Positions 1 through 8,951 of a stretch of 16,000 nt of DNA are shown piece after piece. The stretch is from Oceanospirillaceae bacterium (GTDB lineage: Bacteria; Pseudomonadota; Gammaproteobacteria; Pseudomonadales; Balneatricaceae). The stretch covers positions 7,948 to 23,947 of the forward strand of contig JABSRA010000067.1 in assembly GCA_013215445.1 (NCBI GenBank), in the 5' to 3' direction. The notes below the pieces were generated by a model. The model was not told the origin of the DNA and made no database searches. It was given only the letters and a program-made list of their open reading frames with translations. Both the position numbers and the translations under genes were made by a program. The first letter of the stretch is position 1; each line of letters starts with the position of its first letter.

Positions 1-102
1 GATTTCCAGCCAGAGAGCCGATATTTTCAGTTGCTGCTCAGCGCGGGTACCGCCCAAGAACAGCTCACCATCAATCAACTGATAAAGCTTAGTTATGAAT
101 AA
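1..102 (+). CDS. C-terminal fragment of the gene preceding the MshP-like ORF (pilus-operon member; product not assignable from 33 residues)
   Basis: Frame +1 is open from the window edge to TAA at 100-102 (...GTAQEQLTINQLIKLSYE*). Its stop overlaps the next ATG at 95 (ATGAATAA), a typical translational-coupling arrangement. No recognisable motif. Confidence 0.3.
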   Translation, partial: DFQPESRYFQLLLSAGTAQEQLTINQLIKLSYE

Positions 103-496
103 CGCAGGAGATAGGGTTAACAGAGAATCAGGTTTGGGTTTAGTCTCGGCAATTTTTGTGATTAGCATCTTGGCGATACTTGCCGCGGGCATGGCTTCAA
201 TGGTGGCGAATTCTGCTAGGGAGCACAGTCAGCAGCTCCTGTCGATACGGGCGAAAAGTGCGGCGCTTTCAGCACTGGATATTCAAAGGGTAAAAATGGC
301 TGAGAGCGGTGACTGCGTCAGCGATGTCGAGGAAATTCAATTTGCTACCCAGGGGCTCTATGAATGTGTCGCGACGATCAGCTGCTCAGCAGTGACCTAC
401 CAAAAACAGTCTTTTATCCACCTCATCAGTCAGGCAAGTTGTGGATCGCTTTTGGACCTGTCAACCAGGTCGGTGCAAAAACGTATTTTACGGTAA
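95..496 (+). CDS. Type IV pilus minor component, MshP / PilX-N-terminal-like (MSHA-type pilus biogenesis protein)
   Basis: 133 aa. A short polar N-terminus is followed by a pilin-like hydrophobic helix, GLGLVSAIFVISILAILAAGMASMV, with no Glu at +5 (as in PilX_N/MshP proteins). A small globular part with 4 Cys follows. The assignment rests on a remembered family pattern, not a search. Confidence 0.55.
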   Translation: MNNAGDRVNRESGLGLVSAIFVISILAILAAGMASMVANSAREHSQQLLSIRAKSAALSALDIQRVKMAESGDCVSDVEEIQFATQGLYECVATISCSAVTYQKQSFIHLISQASCGSLLDLSTRSVQKRILR

Positions 497-502
497 AATA
501 CG
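482..502. terminator. Hairpin between convergent mshP-like and pyrE genes (possible bidirectional terminator)
   Basis: Perfect 9-bp inverted repeat CGTATTTTA-cgg-TAAAATACG. It contains the TAA stop of the pilus ORF (494-496) and is followed by T-rich sequence (ctgattgttttat). The stem is AT-rich, so its strength is uncertain. Confidence 0.4.
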
Positions 503-511
503 CTGATTGTT

Positions 512-1153
512 TTATATACCGTATTGCTCTCGGTATTGGGCGATGGCGGCTAATTCTTGTTGATGGCCCCCTAACTCTGTTAGGTATTCGACGATATGAG
601 AGAGATTAATAATGCTGATGACCGGCATATTATAGTCGCGCTCGACCTCTTGAATGGCCGATAACTCCCCCGTGCCCTTTTCCATGCGATTAACCGCAAT
701 TAAGGTTGCCGTTGCGGTCGCTCCCTCTTGCTCAATGATACCCATCACTTCGCGGATAGCAGTGCCGGCGGTAATGACGTCATCGATAATAATCACCCTT
801 CCGGCTAATGCGGAACCGACCAGAGAGCCACCTTCGCCATGGGCCTTTGCCTCCTTGCGGTTAAACACATAGGGAACATCGATGGCAAAGTCGTTAGCTA
901 GGGAGACGGCAGTAGCGACCACCAATGGGATGCCTTTATAGGCGGGTCCAAATAGAATATCGTAAGACAGTTTGGCGTCTTGCAGGGCAGATGCGTAAAA
1001 GTGGCCAAGCTTCGCCAGTGCTAGACCTGTCTTGAATAATCCTGAATTAAAAAAGTATGGGCTGACCCGGCCTGATTTGAGTTCAAATTCACCGAAACAA
1101 AGCACATTCTGTTCGATGGAAAATTTTATAAAGTCTCGTTGATATTGTTGCAT
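512..1153 (-). CDS. pyrE: Orotate phosphoribosyltransferase
   Basis: Near-colinear with E. coli PyrE (213 aa): YQRDFIKF..., [44 protein letters not shown] loop [23 protein letters not shown]. The ORF-track start at 1162 is a TTG. The ATG at 1153 gives a 213-aa product matching the E. coli N-terminus, with AGGGA upstream. Confidence 0.97.
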   Translation of the reverse strand: MQQYQRDFIKFSIEQNVLCFGEFELKSGRVSPYFFNSGLFKTGLALAKLGHFYASALQDAKLSYDILFGPAYKGIPLVVATAVSLANDFAIDVPYVFNRKEAKAHGEGGSLVGSALAGRVIIIDDVITAGTAIREVMGIIEQEGATATATLIAVNRMEKGTGELSAIQEVERDYNMPVISIINLSHIVEYLTELGGHQQELAAIAQYREQYGI

Positions 1154-1502
1154 TTCGGTCAAATCCCTAGTTTAAATGAGAGGCGTATAGTTTACACTAG
1201 CTGGCTCAAACGCTGCACGCAATACTGGTGCATCTATTGAGTTTTAGGGACAGCTAAGCGAGAAAAATTGGCTATATTTAGCTGATTGCTCATAAATCTG
1301 TCATGATGTGCAATAATTCACCTTAAAATAAAATAAATTGACTTAGGTATGCAATAATTTAGCCAGAAAATTTCATTTTATATCGGCAAGTTATACAATT
1401 AGTCATTCAACCGTTAGCCTGTATTTATGATTATTAGTAGAGGCTGCAATTAATCACCTTAATGCTTTAAGAAAATCACTATAAAGCGGAGAAATATTCA
1501 AT

Positions 1503-2276
1503 ATGCGCGTTATCTCATTCAATACCCAAGGTATTGAACAAGCTACAGACAAGGGACTATTCACTTGGTTAGCAGATCAAGATGCCGATGTCATTTGTCT
1601 GCAGGACTTACGTGCAAAAGAGTATCAGTTGGATGATGATCGCTATCATCTAGAAGGTTATTATTCTTATTTCTTCGATGCCTTTGAAGACGGTTATTCA
1701 GGGGTTGCAATCTATACTAAGCATTTGCCTAAAGCGATTATGACCGGGCTTGGTTTTGAACTCTGTGATTTTGAGGGGCGCTTCATTCAAGCAGACTTTG
1801 AAAATGTGAGTATTTCATCGTTGCTGGTGCCTTCAGGGTTGAAAAATGATGCCGCGCAGACCATCAAACATCAATTTATGGAACTCTTACTTGGGCATTT
1901 TAAAAAGACTCAGCGCAAGCGTCGTGACTTTATATTTTGTGGCACATTAAATACCGCTCACAGAACCACCGATATCTCCAATTGGTACGTCAGTCAAAGT
2001 ATTTCAGGCTTTTTACCCAGTGAGCGCGCCTGGATGGAAGAGGTCATCGGCGACCTTGGGTATATCGATGCCTTTCGAGAAATCAATAAGGCGGATAGAC
2101 AGTATACTTGGTGGCCAGATTATAACCGTGCCCGCAAACTCAACGAGGGGGCTAGGTTAGATTATCAATTGACCACCGATCATCTGTTAGAGACGATCAA
2201 TGATGGTTATATTGCCAAAGAGCAAAATTTTTCTGAGTTTGCGCCTTTAGTGATGGATTACGATATCGACTTATAA
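1503..2276 (+). CDS. crc: Exodeoxyribonuclease III-family (EEP fold) protein with degenerate active site; Crc-like (catabolite repression control protein homolog)
   Basis: 257 aa with the ExoIII/APE fold. Motifs: SFNTQG, VICLQDLRA, GYSGVAIY, RKRRDFIFCGTLNTAH, GFLPSERAWMEEV, WWPD, RLDYQL, SEFAPL. The canonical catalytic positions are altered: LQE to LQD, GDxN to GTLN, SDHxP to SEFAP. The motif pattern (ICLQDxRA, KRKRRxxIxCGxL, ERAW) and the position next to pyrE match Pseudomonas Crc, which lies in the pyrE-crc-rph region. CDS confidence is high; the Crc assignment is moderate. Confidence 0.65.
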   Translation: MRVISFNTQGIEQATDKGLFTWLADQDADVICLQDLRAKEYQLDDDRYHLEGYYSYFFDAFEDGYSGVAIYTKHLPKAIMTGLGFELCDFEGRFIQADFENVSISSLLVPSGLKNDAAQTIKHQFMELLLGHFKKTQRKRRDFIFCGTLNTAHRTTDISNWYVSQSISGFLPSERAWMEEVIGDLGYIDAFREINKADRQYTWWPDYNRARKLNEGARLDYQLTTDHLLETINDGYIAKEQNFSEFAPLVMDYDIDL

Positions 2277-2376
2277 TCGATTCTCTGCAGTATCAAGGTT
2301 GCTTCACCGACAGGTTAAACTGGTGGGCAGCGGTCAAGTTATTTTAAAAAGCTAAGATCCAGCAAAAGGTAGACAT

Positions 2377-2401
2377 AAAAAAGGCGCTCGCGCGCCTTTT
2401 T
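2377..2401. terminator. Bidirectional rho-independent terminator between crc-like gene (+) and cpxP (-)
   Basis: AAAAAA-GGCGC-tcgc-GCGCC-TTTTT. A GC stem is flanked by an A-run and a T-run, so it works in both orientations. It sits 100 bp after the crc-like stop and 16 bp after the cpxP stop. Confidence 0.8.
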
Positions 2402-2416
2402 GCAGCTAACTTCCCC

Positions 2417-2905
2417 TTAACTATTGTGTTGCACTCCCGGTTTATTCATTTTCATCTGTTGCATTTTCTCCAATTGCTCGGGGGTTAAAATGGCCGCCAA
2501 CCCACGCTTTATTGCCATCATATTATCGATTTTTCCCTGTGCTTTTAGTCCCGCTTGCTCCTTGATTGCTGTCAACTGTTGATCGTAATCAGCGGCATTA
2601 ACATCTAAGTTACGCAGCGCTTCATGGAGTGCCCGACGAGAATCTTTACCCGCATCTGAGGCAATTTTCTGTTTTTCAAACAAAGCTTTAATGTCAATTT
2701 GCTGCTGCTCGGTTAATGCCAATTTCTCGGTCATTTTCTTCAACATCTGCTCTGGATTGCGTCGGCCGTGGTGATTTTTATACTGGCCATCTGCACTGTG
2801 TTTTTTGCCCCAGCCCGATTTCTCTTGATCCGATTGGGCTAAGCTGAAAGTGCTGATTGCGATTAAGGCGGGGATGGCAAGTAGTGCAATAATTTTGGTT
2901 TTCAT
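2417..2905 (-). CDS. cpxP: Periplasmic CpxP/Spy-family (LTXXQ motif) stress adaptor/chaperone
   Basis: The start is trimmed to the ATG at 2905, with AGGAG 7 nt upstream. The signal peptide is MKTKIIALLAIPALIAISTFSLA|QS. Two LTXXQ motifs are present (LALTEQQQ, ILTPEQLE) in a helical, charged protein. It is divergent from a CpxRA-like two-component operon, as in E. coli. Confidence 0.8.
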   Translation of the reverse strand: MKTKIIALLAIPALIAISTFSLAQSDQEKSGWGKKHSADGQYKNHHGRRNPEQMLKKMTEKLALTEQQQIDIKALFEKQKIASDAGKDSRRALHEALRNLDVNAADYDQQLTAIKEQAGLKAQGKIDNMMAIKRGLAAILTPEQLEKMQQMKMNKPGVQHNS

Positions 2906-3060
2906 GGTTAGTGCTCCTGTTGTTGGCAATCTGCTACAACGTTTATTGGACATTATCTGTCATAATTTTTTATGGTTCGCAGTCTTCTTCAAAAAAACCT
3001 GCGTTGCTGTTTGCTGAGTTAATATTGCATTAAGTAAATGATAAGTAGGGTTGCGAGTGT

Positions 3061-3075
3061 GTAAAGTTGTGTAAA
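3061..3075 (+). promoter_or_regulatory. CpxR-P binding box, exact match to GTAAA-N5-GTAAA
   Basis: GTAAAgttgtGTAAA lies in the cpxP/cpxR divergent intergenic region. A weaker box, GTAAAtgataAGTAG, sits at 3034-3048. The consensus is established for E. coli CpxR. Confidence 0.6.
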
Positions 3076-3079
3076 GGCA

Positions 3080-3108
3080 TTAATACCATGCCCTTAAGTA
3101 GATATAAT
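3080..3108 (+). promoter_or_regulatory. Putative sigma-70 promoter of cpxRA (-35 TTAATA, 17-nt spacer, -10 TATAAT)
   Basis: A perfect TATAAT lies at 3103-3108, 25 nt before the cpxR ATG. The -35-like TTAATA is at 3080-3085, immediately downstream of the CpxR box, which is consistent with autoregulation. Prediction by eye only. Confidence 0.35.
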
Positions 3109-3132
3109 GAGGCAACTATAAAGAGAACTAAT

Positions 3133-3864
3133 ATGCAAAAAATAAAACTGTTACTAGTAGATGATGATCGTGAATTGACGGCACTGCTATCTGAGTATCT
3201 GACTTTTGAAGGGGTGAATGTTGCTATTGCCGATAATGCAGAGCAAGCGCTGGAGATATTAAAAGCCGGGCACAGCTTCGATATAGCGGTTTTTGATATT
3301 ATGATGCCCGGAATGTCGGGGCTTGAATTATTACAACAGCTGCGCCCCAGCATTAGCTTGCCAGTGATTATGTTAACGGGAAAAGGCGGGGATATTGATC
3401 GAATTTTAGGTCTGGAAATGGGCGCGGATGATTACATGGCTAAACCTTGTAACCCCCGAGAGTTGATTGCGCGCATTAAAGCGGTCTTGCGCCGCAGTAA
3501 TCGTAGTTCGCCGCTCATTGCTGGTAATAGTAGTATCGAGTTGATGGGGGTTAAATTGAACCCGGCTACCAGAGAGGTAACGATAGAGGGTGCTCTGTTA
3601 GAGTTAACCAGTGCTGAATTTAATGTATTACACCAATTGATGCTAACCCCCGGGGTGGTAGTGAGTAAGGGCTTATTAACCCAGAAGGTACTACACCGTG
3701 AGCTTACTGCCTACGACAGGTCAATTGATGTGCATCTCTCCAGAGTGCGACAAAAACTAGCGCAGTTACGCAGCGGACAAGAGCTGATAAAGACGGTTCG
3801 CGGCGAGGGTTATCTGTTTATTCTAGAGTCACCTGCTGCAAATAGGGATACTGCAGATGTTTAG
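3133..3864 (+). CDS. cpxR: OmpR-family response regulator CpxR
   Basis: The start is trimmed to the ATG at 3133 (MQKIKLLLVDDDRELTALL...), which mirrors E. coli CpxR (MNKILLVDDDRELTSLL). Receiver motifs are DDD, FDIMMPGMSG and PVIMLTGKG. The winged-helix C-terminus has LTSAEFNVL and RSIDVHLSRVRQKL...TVRGEGY. Confidence 0.85.
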   Translation: MQKIKLLLVDDDRELTALLSEYLTFEGVNVAIADNAEQALEILKAGHSFDIAVFDIMMPGMSGLELLQQLRPSISLPVIMLTGKGGDIDRILGLEMGADDYMAKPCNPRELIARIKAVLRRSNRSSPLIAGNSSIELMGVKLNPATREVTIEGALLELTSAEFNVLHQLMLTPGVVVSKGLLTQKVLHRELTAYDRSIDVHLSRVRQKLAQLRSGQELIKTVRGEGYLFILESPAANRDTADV

Positions 3865-5098
3865 ATTTAATCGGCTCTATTGGAAAGTTTTCCTGTCGCT
3901 GTGGCTCTCGAGTTTTGCCGTGATGATGGTGACGGTTATCGTCATAGGAGAACTTGCAGAGCAAGATAATTTCAGATCGAAAGTAAATTATCGCATCCAG
4001 CTCGAGGCTCAGCGCTTTTTGGAGCGCTATGAAGCGAGTCCCTCGTATCGAGATGCTGTGGTGCGCAGAAATAAGCGGCAGGCATCTCATCCGCAATACT
4101 TTTGGAATAGCATGCATAAAGGGATGCCTTTAATTACCATTAAAGATGATCAAGGTAAATTGATTTTGGGTGGTAACAAAAATGCACCGGGTAAAAGGTA
4201 CAAAATTAGCGTGGTTTCTGAATCGGGTCGCGAGTACAAAATCGTCTATCATCTGAAACCTCCCCCCAATAGTTTGGCGCGTTGGCAGGGCTTTATATTC
4301 TCTGTGCAAGCGCTGTTAATCCTGCTCAGTTCAACCTTGGCGAGTTTTATTGTCAGTGCGATAGTGGTGCGACCGATGAATAAGTTGCGTCAGTACGTCA
4401 AACGCTTACAAGCGGGCGAATTTAGTGTGCGCATAGAGGATAACTTGCAGCGCAGAGGCGATGAAATCGGCGACTTTGCCCGCGAATTTAACCAGATGGC
4501 AGAGTATGTGGAAAACACCTTAAAAGGGCAACAGCAGCTGTTTCAAAACGTCTCACATGAGTTGCGTGCTCCCCTGGCAAGATTGCTCGCCGCCAGTGGC
4601 ATTGTTGAGCAGCAAATTGGCGTTGATCACCCCGCTGTGAATCGCATCCAGTTGGAGTGTGAACGCTTAAATAAGTTGATTGATGAGTTATTGACGCTGG
4701 CGAAATTGCAGCAGCAGGAAAAAGTTAATGCACCTTTTGATGTCGAGCCGCTGTTGGCAAAATTGGTCGCAGACAGCCGTTTTAGTCAGGTGCAAAGACA
4801 GATAGAACTATCCACCGAGTTGGGGGCTAACACCGTCGCCATTGGTGCGTATTCGCTGTTAGAGCGCGCGGTTAGTAACGTGTTAGGTAATAGTTTAAAA
4901 CATACCTCAAGTGAGAGTAATATTTGGATTAAGCTCTCCAATATTGAAGGTAATCGGTTGCTCATTACTATTGATGATGATGGACCGGGGGTACCTGAGT
5001 CGCTTCTAGAGAGAATTTGCGAGCCATTTTTTCGCTTAGATACCAATGTGGATGGGCACGGATTGGGTCTGGGAATAGCTCGACAGGCGATGTTATCG

Positions 5099-5930
<832 letters not shown>

Positions 5931-6017
5931 TTATACATAACTTTCATATGACTAACACAAACTGCAGTCCATTATTTCTAACTATTGTCGGCTTCAGCCG
6001 GAAATATTTAGGATGAA

Positions 6018-7283
6018 TTAGCGTTTGAATTCTGGGTATGCATCCATACCACATTCAACGATATCACTGCCTAGGAACTCTTCTTCTTCACTAACACGGA
6101 TACCTATCGTCAGTTGTAGAATTTTCCAGGCAACTAAACTTGCACCGAAGCACCAGGCAAAGATGACCGCAATTCCGTAGAGCTGCATGCCAAATGACGC
6201 ATCGCCATTGTTTAAAGGTACTGCTATTAAGCCCCAGATGCCCACGACACCGTGAACCGAGATAGCACCTACTGGATCATCAATACGCAGCTTGTCTAAA
6301 GCTAAGATCGACAGTACCACTAGAATTCCGCCCGCTGCACCAATCAGCGTTGAACTTAGCGCTGAGGGAGACAGTGGATCGGCGGTAATGGCAACTAAAC
6401 CCGCTAATGCACCGTTGAGGATCATGGTTAAATCTGTTTTGTTGAACAGGAATCTCGCAGTGAAAAGTGCTGCAATAACACCGCCAGCAGCCGCTGCGTT
6501 AGTATTAACAAAAATTTGCGCAACCGCGTTAGCATCGGAAAAACTGGAGAGTTGCAGCTGTGATCCACCGTTGAAACCGAACCAACCTAACCAGAGGATG
6601 AATGTTCCAAGGGTTGCCAATGGCAGGTTAGCACCTGGCATCGCATTAACTTTACCGTTCTCACCGTATTTACCTTTACGGGCGCCAAGTAGTATGACGC
6701 CTGCAAGTGCCGCTGCAGCACCGGCCATGTGTACAATACCTGAACCTGCGAAGTCAGAGAAGCCCGCTTCAGCCAAGAAACCACTGCCCCAAGTCCAGTA
6801 ACCGCTGACGGGATAGATAAAGCCGGTCATTACCACGCAGAAAATCAAGAAAGAGGTTAGCTTCATGCGTTCAGCGACAGCACCAGAGACGATAGACATT
6901 GCAGTGGCAACGAACACCACCTGGAAGAAAAAGTCAGATCTAGTTGAGTAGTAAGGTGCGTCATCACCGCCAGCGACCAATGACTTAAGCTCATTTTCAG
7001 CGCCGATCAAGAAACCTAAGCTTGGGATAATGCCGTTTTCAGGCGAGCTGTACATGATCTCGTAACCTACTAGTAGATACATAGTACAAGCAATCGCGTA
7101 GAGGGCGATGTTTTTAGTTAAAATTTCGGTGGTGTTTTTAGCTCTAACTAAACCCGCTTCTAGCATGGCAAAACCCGCTGCCATCCACATCACTAAAGCA
7201 CCGCATATTAGAAAGTAGAAAGTATCTAATGCGTACTTTAGTTGAGTTAGGTCAGCATCGATATTGCTAACGATAGACTCCAT
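6018..7283 (-). CDS. amtB: Ammonium transporter (Amt family)
   Basis: 421 aa and polytopic. Amt signatures are LVMWMAAGFAMLEAG, DFAGSGIVHMAGAAAAL, LGWFGFNGGS and AISVHGVVGIWG (the twin-His context). A GGAG Shine-Dalgarno sequence precedes the ATG at 7283. Confidence 0.95.
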   Translation of the reverse strand: MESIVSNIDADLTQLKYALDTFYFLICGALVMWMAAGFAMLEAGLVRAKNTTEILTKNIALYAIACTMYLLVGYEIMYSSPENGIIPSLGFLIGAENELKSLVAGGDDAPYYSTRSDFFFQVVFVATAMSIVSGAVAERMKLTSFLIFCVVMTGFIYPVSGYWTWGSGFLAEAGFSDFAGSGIVHMAGAAAALAGVILLGARKGKYGENGKVNAMPGANLPLATLGTFILWLGWFGFNGGSQLQLSSFSDANAVAQIFVNTNAAAAGGVIAALFTARFLFNKTDLTMILNGALAGLVAITADPLSPSALSSTLIGAAGGILVVLSILALDKLRIDDPVGAISVHGVVGIWGLIAVPLNNGDASFGMQLYGIAVIFAWCFGASLVAWKILQLTIGIRVSEEEEFLGSDIVECGMDAYPEFKR

Positions 7284-7332
7284 AGTAATCTCCAGTTATT
7301 AAAAGAATAATTGTTATTAGTAGAAGTCTTAA

Positions 7333-7348
7333 TGCGAAAATTGTGCCA
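7333..7348 (-). promoter_or_regulatory. Candidate sigma-54 (-24/-12) promoter of amtB-glnK
   Basis: The minus strand reads TGGCACaatttTCGCA. The GG and GC are at the canonical spacing (consensus TGGCAC-N5-TTGCW, one mismatch in the -12 element). It lies about 50 bp upstream of the amtB ATG. Confidence 0.55.
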
Positions 7349-7399
7349 ACTGTTATATTGTATTAAATATGCTGGGACTGTGATTAATACCTGGGTTGT

Positions 7400-7446
7400 T
7401 GCGCTATTTTGGCACCGGCTACGACGGTTTGCGCTAAAATAGTGCA
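7400..7446 (-). promoter_or_regulatory. Two candidate NtrC enhancer sites upstream of the sigma-54 promoter
   Basis: TGCGCTAAAATAGTGCA (7430-7446) matches the glnAp2-type site TGCACTATATTGGTGCA at 13/17. TGCGCTATTTTGGCACC (7400-7416) is weaker, at about 12/17. The sites are 30 bp apart and 55-100 bp upstream of the -24 element. Comparison by eye only. Confidence 0.35.
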
Positions 7447-7599
7447 AGATAATAGGTGAAATTGTGCTTTTTTGGACGCTTTATCGCTGCAGCCCCAATA
7501 AATGTCAATGTTGCACAATCCTGTTAGCTCATGTCCTGTTAGGGTGTTGTGTTATACTCGCCTCCAATAAATTTATGTCAGTGGGTTGGATTAATCGCT

Positions 7600-7854
7600 A
7601 TGAATGAAAAATTACTAGAAGGCCTTTCGCAGCAGTTCTCATCGTTAATAAGCCATTTACCAAAAGGCACAGAGCTCCCCGGTCAAGATCAACTGAAAAG
7701 CTTATTGCAGAATGCGCTGGCTAAATTAGATTTAGTTACCCGTGATGAATTTGATGCTCAAGCGGCGGTACTGTTGAGAACACGTGAAAAAGTAGAGGCA
7801 TTAGAGGTGCGGATGACAGCACTAGAAGCCAGTTTGAAAACCGAGGATCTTTGA
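7600..7854 (+). CDS. ubiK: Ubiquinone biosynthesis accessory factor UbiK (YqiC/BMFP family)
   Basis: The start is trimmed to the ATG at 7600 (84 aa). [34 protein letters not shown] parallels E. coli YqiC ([34 protein letters not shown]). Confidence 0.75.
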   Translation: MNEKLLEGLSQQFSSLISHLPKGTELPGQDQLKSLLQNALAKLDLVTRDEFDAQAAVLLRTREKVEALEVRMTALEASLKTEDL

Positions 7855-7855
7855 A

Positions 7856-8203
7856 ATGCAAATAGAGCGTATTGAGTCGACAGCACGAATGAGCAGAATT
7901 GTTAAACACAATCATACCGTCTATTTATGCGGTCAAACCGCTGCTGACCCCGCCTGGGACATCGCTGAGCAAACCGAGCGTTGCCTGGTAAAAATTACTG
8001 ACTTGTTGGCGAGCGCCGGTAGCAGCAAAGATCAAATTTTATCGGTCACCATTTACATTCGTGATATGAAAGACTTTAGTGCGATGAATGAAGTGTGGGA
8101 TGCATGGGTATTAAACAGTGAAAAACCAGCTCGCGCCTGTGTCGAAGCGCGGATGGCCAGACCTGAATTACTGGTAGAGTTCTCAGTGATCGCCGCCTAT
8201 TAA
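7856..8203 (+). CDS. RidA/YjgF-family protein, YoaB-like subgroup
   Basis: 115 aa. The ATG lies 1 nt after the ubiK stop, with GAGGA upstream. The pattern IERI...ARxSxxVxHNxTxYxxG...FxAMNxxWDAWV...VExSVIAA resembles E. coli YoaB. Confidence 0.8.
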   Translation: MQIERIESTARMSRIVKHNHTVYLCGQTAADPAWDIAEQTERCLVKITDLLASAGSSKDQILSVTIYIRDMKDFSAMNEVWDAWVLNSEKPARACVEARMARPELLVEFSVIAAY

Positions 8204-8229
8204 GCCGAACCTAACCTGAAATATCCTGA

Positions 8230-8252
8230 TTGAGTGCGCTCTTAGCACTCAA
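8230..8252. terminator. Hairpin between convergent ridA-like and cytochrome b562-like genes (weak terminator candidate)
   Basis: TTGAGTGC-gctctta-GCACTCAA forms an 8-bp perfect stem. No flanking U-tract on either strand. Confidence 0.3.
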
Positions 8253-8268
8253 CCCCTGAAGATGTTCG

Positions 8269-8766
8269 TCAGTCTAACAATATCAGGGGTGGATTGTTTT
8301 CATCGATTCCAAACAGCATCTCGTAAAAGCGCTCCCAGAGGCTGGGTTTTTTATCGTGGTACTTTTTCCTTAAATCATCGATTGAGTAGAGACTACGTTT
8401 CGCCGCCTCTAAAGCTGAGCTTTGGATAGGCAGTTGCAACTGCTCGACAATCGTTGTCACCTCCTTGAGTCCCCGTGTCGCTTTTTCAACCCTCTCGTCG
8501 GTAAAAGGGAATTGCCGGGCGATTTTTAACTGGCGTTTAAATTCTGTTATATGTTGATTAAACGCTTGGCTGGTTTCACTCTTCAACGCCTGAGTGTATT
8601 CAAAGCGCATCTGTTTCATGACGGCTTCTAGATCAATGCCCGCTCTGGTTTGGGCAGTGGTAGCTGTCGACAAGATAAGCAGCAGCATCAATAACGTTAT
8701 AGTTTGAATATGGGGGTATAAGACGGACAAGCGATACAGAGGATTCAAAAGTAGTGACCTAAACAA
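8269..8766 (-). CDS. Cytochrome b562-family protein (periplasmic four-helix bundle), start uncertain
   Basis: The mature part starts IDLEAVMKQM (compare CybC ADLEDNMETL, where Met7 is a haem ligand). Near its end is LRKKYHDKK (compare RNAYHQKYR, where His102 is a ligand). A hydrophobic signal-like segment, LLMLLLILSTATTAQT, is present. The ORF-track start at 8766 is a TTG, and the first ATG is at 8688. An extra tail of about 25 aa follows the b562-like end. Confidence 0.5.
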   Translation of the reverse strand: MFRSLLLNPLYRLSVLYPHIQTITLLMLLLILSTATTAQTRAGIDLEAVMKQMRFEYTQALKSETSQAFNQHITEFKRQLKIARQFPFTDERVEKATRGLKEVTTIVEQLQLPIQSSALEAAKRSLYSIDDLRKKYHDKKPSLWERFYEMLFGIDENNPPLILLD

Positions 8767-8951
8767 GGGTGGCTATGCTAGATGTTTGTCGTTTAATAAC
8801 GATTCAGGAAGCTAATCTTAACATATATCGCGGCTATTTTTGAGTATGCAAACGTAATAAACTGTCGCATTCGTTAGGCATAAGTAAGGCATTAACTGTA
8901 TGGTGGCAATGACAATTTCATCTGTATTAGTGTTTACATAGGAAGTAGGAC

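Noticed and set aside
7410-7425. Plus-strand TGGCAC upstream of amtB, considered as a sigma-54 promoter pointing toward ubiK.
   Set aside because: - There is no GC at the -12 spacing (TGGCACcggctACGA).
- The element fits better as the right half of a weak NtrC-like dyad for the minus-strand amtB promoter.
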